A stretch of DNA of 62,071 nt from Acutalibacteraceae bacterium (GTDB lineage: Bacteria > Bacillota > Clostridia > Oscillospirales > Acutalibacteraceae). The position numbers were made by a program, and so were the translations under genes. The stretch lies in NCBI GenBank assembly GCA_045648585.1, contig JAZROI010000106.1, forward strand, positions 1 through 62,071. Reading direction: 5' to 3'. A model generated the notes under the pieces. The model worked only from the letters and a program-made list of their open reading frames with translations, was not told the DNA's origin and ran no database searches. This document shows, in pieces, positions 9,773 to 19,661 of the stretch (positions within the stretch are counted from its first letter, which is position 1; the number at the start of each line of letters is the position of its first letter).

Positions 9773-9812
9773 AAAAAAGCTCTGAGAGTCTTATGATTCT
9801 CGGAGCTTTTTT
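9773..9812. terminator. Bidirectional intrinsic terminator
   Basis: 13-bp stem AAAAGCTCTGAGA / TCTCGGAGCTTTT flanked by A and T runs, between convergent genes. Confidence 0.8.
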
Positions 9813-9830
9813 GTAAGTCTATAACTCGTT

Positions 9831-10595
9831 TTATTTAATATTAAATAATTCCTTTGTGTTTTTTGATGTTGTATCTAAAACCTCTTGAGGAGGAATTTCT
9901 TTAATTTCTGCAACCTTTTGAGCAACGTAAGGAATATAAGCAGAGTAGTTTCTTTTTCCTCTCATTGGTACTGGTGCCATATACGGACAATCAGTTTCAA
10001 GAAGTAATTTATCAAGCGGTAGCATTTCGGCTACCTCAACAGGTTTTCTTGCATTTTTAAAGGTTAAAGCACCGCCAAGACCAATATACATACCAAGCTT
10101 TAAAACCTCTTTAGCCATTTCGGCACTTCCCGAAAAGCAATGTAAAACGCCTTTGGGTTTATGCTTTTTTAGTATATTTAAAGTATCCTCGTGAGCTTCT
10201 CTGTCGTGAACAATTATGGGTAAATTAAGCTCTTTTGCAAGTAGTATTTGCTCTTCGAAAACCTTTTTTTGTGCTTCCTTATTATCTTGACGCCAATAGT
10301 AATCAAGACCGATTTCGCCTATGGCAACGCATTTTTGGCTTTTAGAAAGCTCTCTTAAAATATCAATATAATTTTCAGGTAAGCTGTCAACCTCTTCGGG
10401 ATGCACACCGCAAGCAGCGTATATATAATCGTATTCCTCTGAAAGAGCTATAGAAGCTTTCGATGAATTTAAATCTGCACCGCAATTGATAACGCCACAA
10501 ATGCCCGATTCCTTAAGGGAACCGAGCATTTCTGTTCTGTCATCGTTAAAAGCTTTATCTGTATAATGTGCGTGTGAATCAAAAATATTATTCAT
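9831..10595 (-). CDS. tatD: TatD-family metal-dependent DNase/hydrolase
   Basis: 254 aa. Begins FDSHAHY, with later EIGLDYYW and HCFSG motifs. Conserved position downstream of metG. Confidence 0.9.
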   Translation of the reverse strand: MNNIFDSHAHYTDKAFNDDRTEMLGSLKESGICGVINCGADLNSSKASIALSEEYDYIYAACGVHPEEVDSLPENYIDILRELSKSQKCVAIGEIGLDYYWRQDNKEAQKKVFEEQILLAKELNLPIIVHDREAHEDTLNILKKHKPKGVLHCFSGSAEMAKEVLKLGMYIGLGGALTFKNARKPVEVAEMLPLDKLLLETDCPYMAPVPMRGKRNYSAYIPYVAQKVAEIKEIPPQEVLDTTSKNTKELFNIK

Positions 10596-12529
10596 TAGCT
10601 TAACTGTGTGCCTGCGGGCATACCTTCAACAAATGCAACCTTAACGTCTTCCTCAGAAACTTCACCTGCAAGAAGCATACCGTGACTTTCTACACCGCAA
10701 AGTGTTCTTGGAGCAAGGTTTGCAACTATGATAACTTTTTTACCGATAAGGTCTTCGGGGCTGTACCATTTTGCGATACCTGAAGCTATTGTACGAGGTG
10801 TTTTTGTACCGTCGTTAAGAGTGAGCTGAAGTAATTTCTTTGCTCTCTTAATAGGCTGACAGTCTGTAACCTCTGCAACGCGAAGCTCAACCTTTGCGAA
10901 ATCATCATAAACGATTTCTGCAAGACCTTCAATTTCTTTTTCCTCTTCCTTTTCTTCGTTTAAATCGGGAAGAGATGCTTCAATTTCAGCAAGTGTTTTT
11001 TCAACGTCAAGACGTGAGAAAAGGGGAGTAGCAACGCCTACCTTGTCACCTGCTGTAATAGCACCGAAGCTGTCAAGTGATTCCAGAGTGTTTACGTCTG
11101 TGCCGATTTGCTCAAGAATTTTATCGCTCGTTTCAGGCATAAAGGGCTTAAGAAGTACTGCAACAAAACGAATGCTTTCAAGAAGGTTGTAAAGCACGGT
11201 ACCGAGTCTTGCTTTCTTTTCTTCGTCCTTTGCAAGAGCCCAGGGCATTGTTTCATCAATGTATTTGTTACAACGCTTTGCAAGGTCGAATACAAGAGAA
11301 ATAGCATCACTTACTTTATAAGTGTCAAGAAGCTTTGCAACACCTGAAAGAGTACCTAAAGCAGTTGCTTTAAGGTCTTCATCAATTTCCTCTGATACTG
11401 TAGGAGCCTGAATAACACCGTCAAAATATTTGTTGTTCATAGCAACTGTACGGTTTACAAGGTTGCCTAAGGTGTTAGCAAGGTCAGAATTGAAGCGTTC
11501 GATAATTGTTTCGTAAGTAATAGTACCATCCTGAGCGTGAGGCATTTCGGAAAGAAGATAGTAACGGATAGCATCAACGCCGAAACGGTTACAAAGGTCA
11601 TCGGCATAAATAACGTTGCCCTTTGATTTACTCATTTTGTCGTTTCCGGAAAGAAGCCAGGGGTGACCGAATACCTGCTTGGGTAAGGGCTCGCCGAGTG
11701 CCATAAGCATAATGGGCCAGTAAATTGTATGGAAACGTAAAATATCCTTGCCGATAATATGAACGTCTGCAGGCCAGTATTTGTTATACATCTCTGACTG
11801 ATTGTCAGGGTCGTAGCCAAGACCTGTGATATAGTTTAAAAGAGCGTCAACCCAAACGTAAATAACGTGCTTTTCATCACCGGGGAAAGGAATTCCCCAT
11901 TTAAAAGTTGAACGGGAAATACATAAATCCTGAAGACCGGGCTTGATAAAGTTATTTATCATTTCTTTTTTACGGCTTTCGGGGTAAATGAAATCGGGAT
12001 TGCTTTCGATGTATTCTTCAAGCTGCTTCTGATATTTGCTCATTTTGAAGAAATATGCTTCTTCCTTTTCTTTGCGTACTTCTCTTCCGCAGTCAGGACA
12101 TTTACCGTCTACAAGCTGACTGTCTGTGAAAAAGCTTTCACAGGGAACACAGTACCAGCCCTCGTAAGCACTTTTGTAAACGTCACCTTTATCAATAAGC
12201 TTTTTGAAGATTTTCTGTACTGATTCTTCGTGGTCTTTATCAGTTGTTCGAATAAATTTATCGTATGTTGTATTAAGACAATCGCAGATATCCTTGATTT
12301 CATTTGCAACCTTGTCAACGTATTCTTTAGGAGAAATGCCTGCAGCTGCAGCATATTCTTCGATTTTCTGACCGTGCTCGTCGGTGCCTGTCTGGAAGAA
12401 AACATCATAGCCTTGCATTCGTTTGAATCTTGCCAAAGCATCGGCAAGTACGATTTCGTAAGAGTTACCTATATGAGGCTTACGAGAGGTATACGCAATA
12501 GCGGTTGTGATGTAATAAGGTTTGTTCAT
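10595..12529 (-). CDS. metG: Methionine--tRNA ligase with C-terminal tRNA-binding (EMAP/Trbp111-like) domain
   Basis: 644 aa. Contains a HIGN (HIGH-type) motif, KMSKS, a Cys-rich knuckle (CVPC...CPDCG) and a C-terminal LRVAEV...G.ESHGM domain. Confidence 0.95.
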   Translation of the reverse strand: MNKPYYITTAIAYTSRKPHIGNSYEIVLADALARFKRMQGYDVFFQTGTDEHGQKIEEYAAAAGISPKEYVDKVANEIKDICDCLNTTYDKFIRTTDKDHEESVQKIFKKLIDKGDVYKSAYEGWYCVPCESFFTDSQLVDGKCPDCGREVRKEKEEAYFFKMSKYQKQLEEYIESNPDFIYPESRKKEMINNFIKPGLQDLCISRSTFKWGIPFPGDEKHVIYVWVDALLNYITGLGYDPDNQSEMYNKYWPADVHIIGKDILRFHTIYWPIMLMALGEPLPKQVFGHPWLLSGNDKMSKSKGNVIYADDLCNRFGVDAIRYYLLSEMPHAQDGTITYETIIERFNSDLANTLGNLVNRTVAMNNKYFDGVIQAPTVSEEIDEDLKATALGTLSGVAKLLDTYKVSDAISLVFDLAKRCNKYIDETMPWALAKDEEKKARLGTVLYNLLESIRFVAVLLKPFMPETSDKILEQIGTDVNTLESLDSFGAITAGDKVGVATPLFSRLDVEKTLAEIEASLPDLNEEKEEEKEIEGLAEIVYDDFAKVELRVAEVTDCQPIKRAKKLLQLTLNDGTKTPRTIASGIAKWYSPEDLIGKKVIIVANLAPRTLCGVESHGMLLAGEVSEEDVKVAFVEGMPAGTQLS

Positions 12530-12604
12530 TGTTTTTATATCTCCTTTATACCGTCTTTCGAATGGGAAATTCGGTAAATTTATTATTGTGTATTTAAGTC
12601 AAGC

Positions 12605-14968
12605 TTATTCAGCTTTTAATTTGAGTGTTACCTTTTCGATGCCTTTAGCATCAATTGTTACGGTGATATCGCCTTTTTCACCCTTTGTTCTTATCCAGAA
12701 TGCTCTATCACCGCCGATAAGTGGGAATTCAGAAGGTCCGATAATAGAAGCGGCACCCTTAACTGTGACCTTAACAGCAGAATCTGCAAAAGGTACTCTG
12801 TTGCCATTCTGGTCACGGGCAATAATCTGAATTCTTGTTGCATCGTAGGTATCTTCCTCGCGAAGTGTATAAGAATCTGCTTTAACGTCAAGGTTAAGTG
12901 AGGTGACTGCGTTTCTTACAACGGTAGCAACGCATTCGCCGTTGATATATCCTTCAAAAGCATAAGTGATTTGCTCGTTACCCCAACCGCCAATGTATTT
13001 TGTTACGATATCAAACATTCTGTTAAAGGGAATTTTGCCTACAACCATTGCGGCACCCGCTTTAGCAAACTTTGAGGGGGGGAGCTTCCACTGTTTAGTT
13101 TGAGCGGCAACAAGAGTATCAGTAAGAAGAGCTGCTGCTTTGGGGTCTAATCCGTCATCAACTGTGAGAGCATCACCAATAAAGTCAGATGCAATCATCG
13201 GGGGATGAGGAAGGTTTTTAAATTTTGAATCCTTGGGATAAATTGTGCTTGTATATTTACCGTTTTTGTAAAGCTTAACGTAATCGCAGTTTGTAAATAC
13301 CCAAACATCGCCAATAACTCCGCCGGGATGCTCGCCGATATCCATAGCAGAAGCAACCTCAAGGAAGGGCTCGTTTTCTTTCTGCGAACGGTAAATTGCC
13401 GCACCAAGCTTTGGTACACGGAACATATCAGTTACACCGTGATAACAAATTCTGTCACCGCTGCCGAAATCCTTGTGAGTGTTATAGTCAGCCATACACC
13501 AACCGATAGCACCACTTGTACGACTGTTGCCGTAAGCAGAGTTAAGAACTCTTGTGTGACGTAAGGCATGCTCGGAACGAACGCCCTCTTTATCAAAGCT
13601 TTTTGTTGGGAACATATGACCGTTATGTTCTGTTACAAGGTAAGGTGCCTTAAGGCTCTTTGTAACTAAAGCAGGAGGTAAAAGATTTATCGCACCACCT
13701 GAATGAATAAAGTCGTTCATTGTATAAACATCTTCTAAAAGATGGCTGAAGGGCATATTTCTTACGCCTCCGGTCTGGCGAGTGTTATCAAGTGAACGGG
13801 CAATAGAATTTGTTTCTGTATAGAATTCGTCACAGTCAAGTCCCTCGTTAACACGAACACCCCAAAGGATTACGCAAGGATGATTTCTATCACGTAATAC
13901 CATTCTGCGAACGTTGTCCTTTGCGATTTCACGCCATTCACCGTCGCCCAAATACTGCCATGAGGGCATTTCTGTAAATACAAGAAGACCTATTTCATCG
14001 CAACGGTCAAGGAAGTGAACACTGTCGGGATAGTGAGATGTTCTTGCAAGATTAACCCCAAGCTCATATTTAAGAAGATCTGCATCTGCCTTTTGAACGT
14101 TTTTAGGCATAGCATAACCAACGTAGGGATAGCTTTGATGACGGTTAAGACCGCGGATTTTAATCTTCTTGCCGTTAAGGTAGAAGCCGTCTGTCATAAA
14201 TTTACATTCTCTGAAGCCGAAGCGTACAGAGATTTCGTCTTTATCATCAAGCTTTATTTTCATTGTGTAAAGGTTAGGATTATCAATATCCCAAAGCTTT
14301 ACGTCTGAAACAGCCCATTTTGCATTTATAACGGTACCCTTGAAATCGGTTTTCCTTTCACCGATTACCTTATCACCGTCAAAAAGAGTAAAGGTAAGCT
14401 GACCGCTTGTGCTTTGGGAAAGAGTGATATCCATATCAAGCACTTTTTTAGGCTGTAAAATATTGAGCGTGCGGATAAAGGCGTTGTCAATATAAACCTC
14501 GCTTACCTCTTCAAGCCAAACTTCTCTATATATACCACCGTAAACAAGGTAGTCAACAACGTTACCGAAGGGTGGAATTTCTTTTCTTTCTGATGAGTCA
14601 AGCTCAACTACGAGAAGGTTACCCTTTGCTTTTACTTTGTCCGTAATATCAAAGGTAAAGGGGTTGTACGCACCCTTATATTCACCTATAAATTCACCGT
14701 TAAGATATACCTTTGAATAAACTGCAGCACCTTCAAAATGAAGAATGTAACGTTTGCCCTCACTCTTTTTACCGATGTCAAAGGTTTTGCGGTAACAGCT
14801 GATAAACTGATATGATTTTTCATCAAAATAATTTAAAGGTAATTCTTTATTGGTGTGGGGAATATCAACCGTTTCGAAATGACTGTCATCATATTTTTTC
14901 TGGGTCATTTCTTTTTCGAAAGCAGGATAATATTTCCACCCGAAGTTAAGTGATTGTGAAGTACGCAT
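12605..14968 (-). CDS. Glycoside hydrolase family 2 (beta-galactosidase-like)
   Basis: About 787 aa with GH2 sugar-binding, Ig-like and TIM-barrel regions (NFGWKY..., RTSHYP, NHPCVILWG.RVNE). Start placed at the ATG at 14968, preceded by AAGGGTGA. Confidence 0.85.
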   Translation of the reverse strand: MRTSQSLNFGWKYYPAFEKEMTQKKYDDSHFETVDIPHTNKELPLNYFDEKSYQFISCYRKTFDIGKKSEGKRYILHFEGAAVYSKVYLNGEFIGEYKGAYNPFTFDITDKVKAKGNLLVVELDSSERKEIPPFGNVVDYLVYGGIYREVWLEEVSEVYIDNAFIRTLNILQPKKVLDMDITLSQSTSGQLTFTLFDGDKVIGERKTDFKGTVINAKWAVSDVKLWDIDNPNLYTMKIKLDDKDEISVRFGFRECKFMTDGFYLNGKKIKIRGLNRHQSYPYVGYAMPKNVQKADADLLKYELGVNLARTSHYPDSVHFLDRCDEIGLLVFTEMPSWQYLGDGEWREIAKDNVRRMVLRDRNHPCVILWGVRVNEGLDCDEFYTETNSIARSLDNTRQTGGVRNMPFSHLLEDVYTMNDFIHSGGAINLLPPALVTKSLKAPYLVTEHNGHMFPTKSFDKEGVRSEHALRHTRVLNSAYGNSRTSGAIGWCMADYNTHKDFGSGDRICYHGVTDMFRVPKLGAAIYRSQKENEPFLEVASAMDIGEHPGGVIGDVWVFTNCDYVKLYKNGKYTSTIYPKDSKFKNLPHPPMIASDFIGDALTVDDGLDPKAAALLTDTLVAAQTKQWKLPPSKFAKAGAAMVVGKIPFNRMFDIVTKYIGGWGNEQITYAFEGYINGECVATVVRNAVTSLNLDVKADSYTLREEDTYDATRIQIIARDQNGNRVPFADSAVKVTVKGAASIIGPSEFPLIGGDRAFWIRTKGEKGDITVTIDAKGIEKVTLKLKAE

Positions 14969-15017
14969 TTCATCACCCTTTTCTGTTGTTTTAAACAATT
15001 ATATTTATTCTATACTA

Positions 15018-16334
15018 TTATAATATATATGTCAATAAATCAGCTTTAGTGTTTTCTGCTTTGCCTTCAATAACCGCGTTTAAAAGTGTATCAAGAGCTT
15101 TGCCAATTTCTTCGCCCTTAAGACCTTTGTTTTTAAGGTCGTCACCTGTTATTGCAAGCTGAGATATTTTACAGCACTCGTTATTCTTTTCAATTTCGTC
15201 GAGCCATTTCAAACACTGCTCTGATTCTTTACTTATATCACGGTAGCTTTCGCTTAAAGCTCCGCGGTCACTTTTTTTAATTATCAGAAGTGTTTTAATA
15301 TCATCAACGGTTTTATTTTTTAAATGCTTTTTTAAATCAATTTTTGAAAGCGGTGGCTCAAAATCATGGTTTGCAACAAGATAGGAAACTCTGTTTATAG
15401 TCTTTTTATCAAGCTTAAGTCTTGTTAATATTTCGTGAGCCATATCACCGCCAACGGTGGCGTGGTTTTTAAAGGTGCTGTTACCGTTTTCGTCAAGCTT
15501 ATGAGTAGGCACCTTGCCTAAATCGTGAAGAAGCATTGTAAGACGCAAAATTCTATCCTGCGGAATAGTATCAACAGTATGGCAAATATGCTCCCATACG
15601 TCGTAGGCGTGTTTCTTGCCGTATTGCTTAAAGCCTACCGCAGATTTAATTTCTGGAATAAAAACTGCTAAAACGTCCCAGTATTCCATCAAAATATTAA
15701 ATGCATTTTTACCGCACACAAGCTTTGTAAGCTCAACGGCTAATCTTTCTGCAGAAATATTTTTTAAAAGGTCTTTGTTGTCGTGTATTGCTTTTGTGGT
15801 TTCACTTTCAATTGTAAAGCCTAATACGGAAGCGAAACGCAGTGCTCTCATTATGCGAAGCCCGTCCTCTTGAAAACGGGCTGAAGGGTTACCTACAGTT
15901 TTTATTATACTATTATATATATCCTCTTGTCCGCCGTATAAATCTACTAAACCCGTTTTGTCGTTATACGCTAATGCGTTTACGGTGAAATCTCGTCTTG
16001 ATAGGTCATCACTTAAGCTTTTAGTGAAATGTACGTTTTCAGGATGTCTGTTGTCGTTATAATCACCGTCAACACGATAGGTTGTAACCTCAAAGGGTGT
16101 TTTATCTATAATCACGGTAAGAGTGCCGTGCTTAAGCCCTGTATCAACTGTTTTATAATCTTTAAAGACCTTTACGGTATCTTCGGGTGAGGCTGAGGTG
16201 GTTATGTCCCAATCCGTAGGATTTAAACCCATTATTGAATCTCTTACTGCACCGCCAACGCAAAAGGCTTCAAACCCTGCGTTTTCCAACAGAGTAATGA
16301 TTGTTTTTGCTTTTGAGGGAATATTAAGAGTCAT
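15018..16334 (-). CDS. cca: CCA-adding tRNA nucleotidyltransferase (PolyA-polymerase head domain plus HD domain)
   Basis: 438 aa. Contains GGAVRD, DWD and RDFTVNA motifs and a C-terminal HD region (LLHDLGK). Confidence 0.85.
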   Translation of the reverse strand: MTLNIPSKAKTIITLLENAGFEAFCVGGAVRDSIMGLNPTDWDITTSASPEDTVKVFKDYKTVDTGLKHGTLTVIIDKTPFEVTTYRVDGDYNDNRHPENVHFTKSLSDDLSRRDFTVNALAYNDKTGLVDLYGGQEDIYNSIIKTVGNPSARFQEDGLRIMRALRFASVLGFTIESETTKAIHDNKDLLKNISAERLAVELTKLVCGKNAFNILMEYWDVLAVFIPEIKSAVGFKQYGKKHAYDVWEHICHTVDTIPQDRILRLTMLLHDLGKVPTHKLDENGNSTFKNHATVGGDMAHEILTRLKLDKKTINRVSYLVANHDFEPPLSKIDLKKHLKNKTVDDIKTLLIIKKSDRGALSESYRDISKESEQCLKWLDEIEKNNECCKISQLAITGDDLKNKGLKGEEIGKALDTLLNAVIEGKAENTKADLLTYIL

Positions 16335-16610
16335 AAGGGTGATCCTTTCAATTAAATATGCATATTTATATATATAATAGTATATATTATGACTGTAAAA
16401 ATACGGTGTGTCAATAAAAAATTACAATTTGAAGCATTTTATAGCATAAAAAGGGGGTAAAAGTTACAGTTTGTAATTTCTGCAATTGTTACAAAAGAAG
16501 TTACAGAACACTTGTCGTTTTTTAGATAAAAGACTTTGAAAGTGTTTGATTTATGTGTTTTGTGTTGAAAACCTTTGTGAAAAGTCAACAAAAACACCAA
16601 AATCGTTTAT

Positions 16611-16638
16611 TTGACTTAAATGAAAAGTTGAGTATAAT
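16611..16638 (+). promoter_or_regulatory. Sigma-A-type promoter for the YabE-like gene
   Basis: TTGACT (16611-16616), 16-nt spacer, TATAAT (16633-16638). This leaves a leader of about 130 nt. Confidence 0.5.
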
Positions 16639-16775
16639 ACCAAGTGCCATCGGATAAAACGGCGTTTTTGTTAGTAGTATAGAATTGAATTTGTGACAGC
16701 TTCAGTGCTTTATTGCTAATAAAAGAGCCTACAACGGCAACTTAAAAAAGTTGCTTGTCTAAGGAGAATTATACC

Positions 16776-18029
16776 ATGACAGTCAGACAAATAGGCGAGA
16801 TTGCAGTGCATTCACCGCTTAAAAGAGCTCTTCTTTTAGTTATTGCGGTTCTCTTCTTTCTTTCCGGAACTGCTTTCGCCGTACCGCCCGTAATGTACAA
16901 CGTTACAATTTACGACGGTTCATCAGTTACAGAGATTACTACTGCTGAAACTGATGCAAATAAGATTCTTGAAAATGCAGGAATTAAAATTAATGCTTCT
17001 AAAGCAGATGAAGTTGACCTTTGCAAGTTTACAAAGCTTGACGGTAGCGAGATTGTCATCAACAGAGGCGTTAAGGTTTCATTAAATAGCTTTGACGGTA
17101 CAGAAAAAACTGTATACGCTAACGGTACTGTTGAGGATGCCCTCGAAAAAGCCGGTATGACAGTTCCCTCAGGTTCTGTTACAAACTATTCAATGGATAC
17201 AAAACTTAAAAAGAATATGGTAATTGAAATTTACGGTGTTTATAACGTTACAGTTAAATGTGACGGTGCCGAGCTTACTTTTATAGTATCAGGCAAAACA
17301 GTAAATGACGTTATCAATGCTCTTCAGATTGAGCTTAACGGCGATGATTTTACAGAGCCTGCTCTTAATGAAGAAATCAGCGAAGGTATGGTTATCGAGG
17401 TTTTAAGAGTAACCTACGCTGAACGTTCAGAAACAGAAGCTATTGATTACGAAACTGAATACACTTATTCAGACTCTCTCAACAAGGGTAGAACAAAGGT
17501 CCTTGAAAAAGGCGTAAAGGGTGAAAAGGTTGTAGTATACAGAGATCGCTATATTAACGGTCAACTTGCTGATACAACAATTGCTTCAGAAACTGTTACA
17601 AAAGAACCCGTTAGATCACTCGTACAATCAGGCACAAAGGTTTACAACAGACCTACTTCAATTCCCGTAGGGAAGCCTATCAGCGAATTGAAAGCACCTG
17701 CTTCACTTAAAATCGGTGCAGACGGTGCTCCCACAAACTACAAATCAGTTATCAATGCTCAGGCAACTGCTTACTGTATTCCCGGCGGCATTACCTCAAC
17801 AGGTAAGGTTGCTCAGGCAGGCTACATTGCAGTTGACCCCAAAGAAATTCCTTACGGAACTCAGATGTATATAGTATCTGCAGATGGCAATTATATTTAC
17901 GGTTACTGTATAGCAGCTGATACCGGTAGCTACATCTACGACGTTGACTGGACAGTCGACCTCTTTATGAATTCAAATGAGCAGTGTGTTAACTGGGGTA
18001 GAAGAGATATTATAATTTATATATTATGA
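16776..18029 (+). CDS. YabE/RpfB-like cell-wall protein (DUF348 repeats, G5 domain, C-terminal 3D domain)
   Basis: N-terminal TM anchor, a G5-like segment (KGEKVVVYRDRYINGQ) and a 3D-domain C-terminus (ATAYC...GYIAVDP...ADTGS). The ATG at 16776 follows AAGGAGA. Confidence 0.8.
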   Translation: MTVRQIGEIAVHSPLKRALLLVIAVLFFLSGTAFAVPPVMYNVTIYDGSSVTEITTAETDANKILENAGIKINASKADEVDLCKFTKLDGSEIVINRGVKVSLNSFDGTEKTVYANGTVEDALEKAGMTVPSGSVTNYSMDTKLKKNMVIEIYGVYNVTVKCDGAELTFIVSGKTVNDVINALQIELNGDDFTEPALNEEISEGMVIEVLRVTYAERSETEAIDYETEYTYSDSLNKGRTKVLEKGVKGEKVVVYRDRYINGQLADTTIASETVTKEPVRSLVQSGTKVYNRPTSIPVGKPISELKAPASLKIGADGAPTNYKSVINAQATAYCIPGGITSTGKVAQAGYIAVDPKEIPYGTQMYIVSADGNYIYGYCIAADTGSYIYDVDWTVDLFMNSNEQCVNWGRRDIIIYIL

Positions 18030-18035
18030 CAAGGG

Positions 18036-18067
18036 AATCCACTGAACAGAGTTCAGTGGATTTTTTG
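18036..18067 (+). terminator. Intrinsic terminator
   Basis: 12-bp perfect stem AATCCACTGAAC / GTTCAGTGGATT followed by a T6 run. Confidence 0.85.
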
Positions 18068-18253
18068 CATAATATACAGAAAAAGTGAATAATATACATT
18101 TTTATGCATATTTTATTTAGGTTGTTTTCGGCTTGTACAGGTTGTACGTCTTGTGTAATACATATAAAAATACACAAAAACATACGTTGAAAAGCAGGGT
18201 TTTGTTGCAAAAAGCCAAAAATGAATAAAATAATAATTATTTATGTAAAACGG

Positions 18254-18282
18254 TTGACATTTTCTGATTAAAGGTGTATAAC
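18254..18282 (+). promoter_or_regulatory. arg operon promoter
   Basis: TTGACA (18254-18259), 17-nt spacer, TATAAC (18277-18282). Confidence 0.55.
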
Positions 18283-18295
18283 TATGCATGTCGAA

Positions 18296-18309
18296 TGAAT
18301 ATTTTTGCA
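18296..18309. promoter_or_regulatory. Candidate ARG box (ArgR/AhrC operator)
   Basis: TGAATATTTTTGCA matches the consensus TGAATWWWWATTCA at 12 of 14 positions. It lies just downstream of the -10 element. An AT-rich TGAATAAAATAATA sits upstream at 18222-18235. Confidence 0.45.
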
Positions 18310-18343
18310 AAGGGCATAGCTCTTATGTATGGAGGAAATAAAA

Positions 18344-19575
18344 ATGGATAAGAAAAACATCAAAAAAGTAGTTCTTGCTTACTCAGGCGGTCTTGATACT
18401 TCAATCATCATCCCCTGGCTTAAAGAAAATTACAACAACTGTGATGTTATCGCAGTTTCAGGTAACGTTGGTCAGGCTAGTGAGCTTGAAGGCCTTGAAG
18501 AAAAGGCTATCAAAACAGGTGCTTCAAAGATTTATATTGAAGATCTTACAAAAGAATTCCTTGAGGATTACGTTTTCCCCTGTGTTCAGGCAGGTGCTGT
18601 TTATGAAGAATATCTTCTCGGTACTGCTTTTGCACGTCCTCCTATTGCAAAAAGAATTGCTGAAATCGCAATTGCAGAAGGCGCAGATGCTATCTGCCAC
18701 GGTTGTACAGGTAAAGGTAACGACCAGGTAAGATTTGAGCTTGCAATTAAAGCTTATGCACCCGATATGCCCATAATCGCTCCTTGGAGAGAATGGGATA
18801 TCAAATCTCGTGAAGAAGAAATTGCTTATGCTGAGGCACACAACGTTCCTCTTAAAATAAACAGAGAAACAAACTACTCAAAAGATAAAAACATCTGGCA
18901 CCTTTCACACGAAGGTCTTGACCTTGAAGACCCCATGAACGAGCCCCTTTATAATAAAGAAGGCTTCCTTGAAATGGGCGTTTCACCCGAAATGGCTCCC
19001 GATAAGCCTACCTACGTTACAATTCACTTTGAAAAGGGTATCCCCACCGCAGTTGATGTGTTGTAATGGGTGCGGTTGAGCTTGTTACAAAGCTTAACGA
19101 GCTTGGCGGTGCAAACGGTATAGGCCTTCTTGACATCGTTGAAAACAGACTTGTTGGTATGAAGTGCCGTGGCGTATATGAAACTCCCGGTGGAGCAATT
19201 CTTTACAAGGCTCATAACGTTCTTGAAACAATTTGTCTTGATAAAGAAACAGCTCACTACAAAGCACTTGTTGCTCAGAAGCTTGCAGAGCTCGTTTACA
19301 ATGCACAGTGGTATACACCTCTTGTAAAGGCTATTCTTGCTTTTGTTAAATCAACTCAGGAAACAGTTACAGGTGACGTTAAGCTTAAGCTCTATAAGGG
19401 TAATATGATTAACGCAGGTGTTTGCTCACCCTTCTCACTTTACGACCCCGAAATTGCTACATTTGATGAAGATGAGGTTTATAATCAGGCTGATTCAGCA
19501 GGCTTTATCAACCTTTATGGTCTTCCCATCAAGGTTATGGCAAAAATGAAAGAGAAAAACGGTCTCGAAAAATAA
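18344..19575 (+). pseudogene. argG: Argininosuccinate synthase, reading frame broken by an apparent 1-nt deletion near 19057
   Basis: Track ORFs 18329..19066 and 19066..19575 are contiguous halves. The first carries AYSGGLDTS and ...[11 protein letters not shown]. The second begins [15 protein letters not shown]...[19 protein letters not shown]. Inserting one G (GAT G[G]T GTT GTA ATG) restores ...[12 protein letters not shown].... Confidence 0.85.
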
Positions 19576-19589
19576 TTAATAAAATTTAT

Positions 19590-19634
19590 TTGCACGTTTA
19601 GTGCCGACATAAATGACGGAAACTAAACGTGCAA
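19590..19634 (+). other. Intercistronic 13-bp perfect hairpin between argG and argH, with no adjacent U-tract
   Basis: TTGCACGTTTAGT pairs with ACTAAACGTGCAA across a 19-nt loop. Confidence 0.6.
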
Positions 19635-19661
19635 TAGCACTTTTGAAAGGGTATTTCAATT

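Noticed and set aside
12530-12604. T-box leader upstream of metG
   Set aside because: Only 75 nt separate metG from the preceding gene, which is too short for a T-box. No specifier or T-box sequence is seen.
16640-16775. c-di-AMP (ydaO/yuaA) riboswitch in the leader of the YabE-like gene
   Set aside because: The leader is short (~130 nt) and lacks the conserved G-rich/ACC-type blocks and the pseudo-two-fold architecture expected.
18068-18253. Short direct repeats upstream of the arg promoter (ATAATATACA x2, TTGTAC at 9-nt period)
   Set aside because: The region is AT-rich low-complexity sequence where such repeats arise easily. There is no symmetry or spacing that points to a specific regulator.
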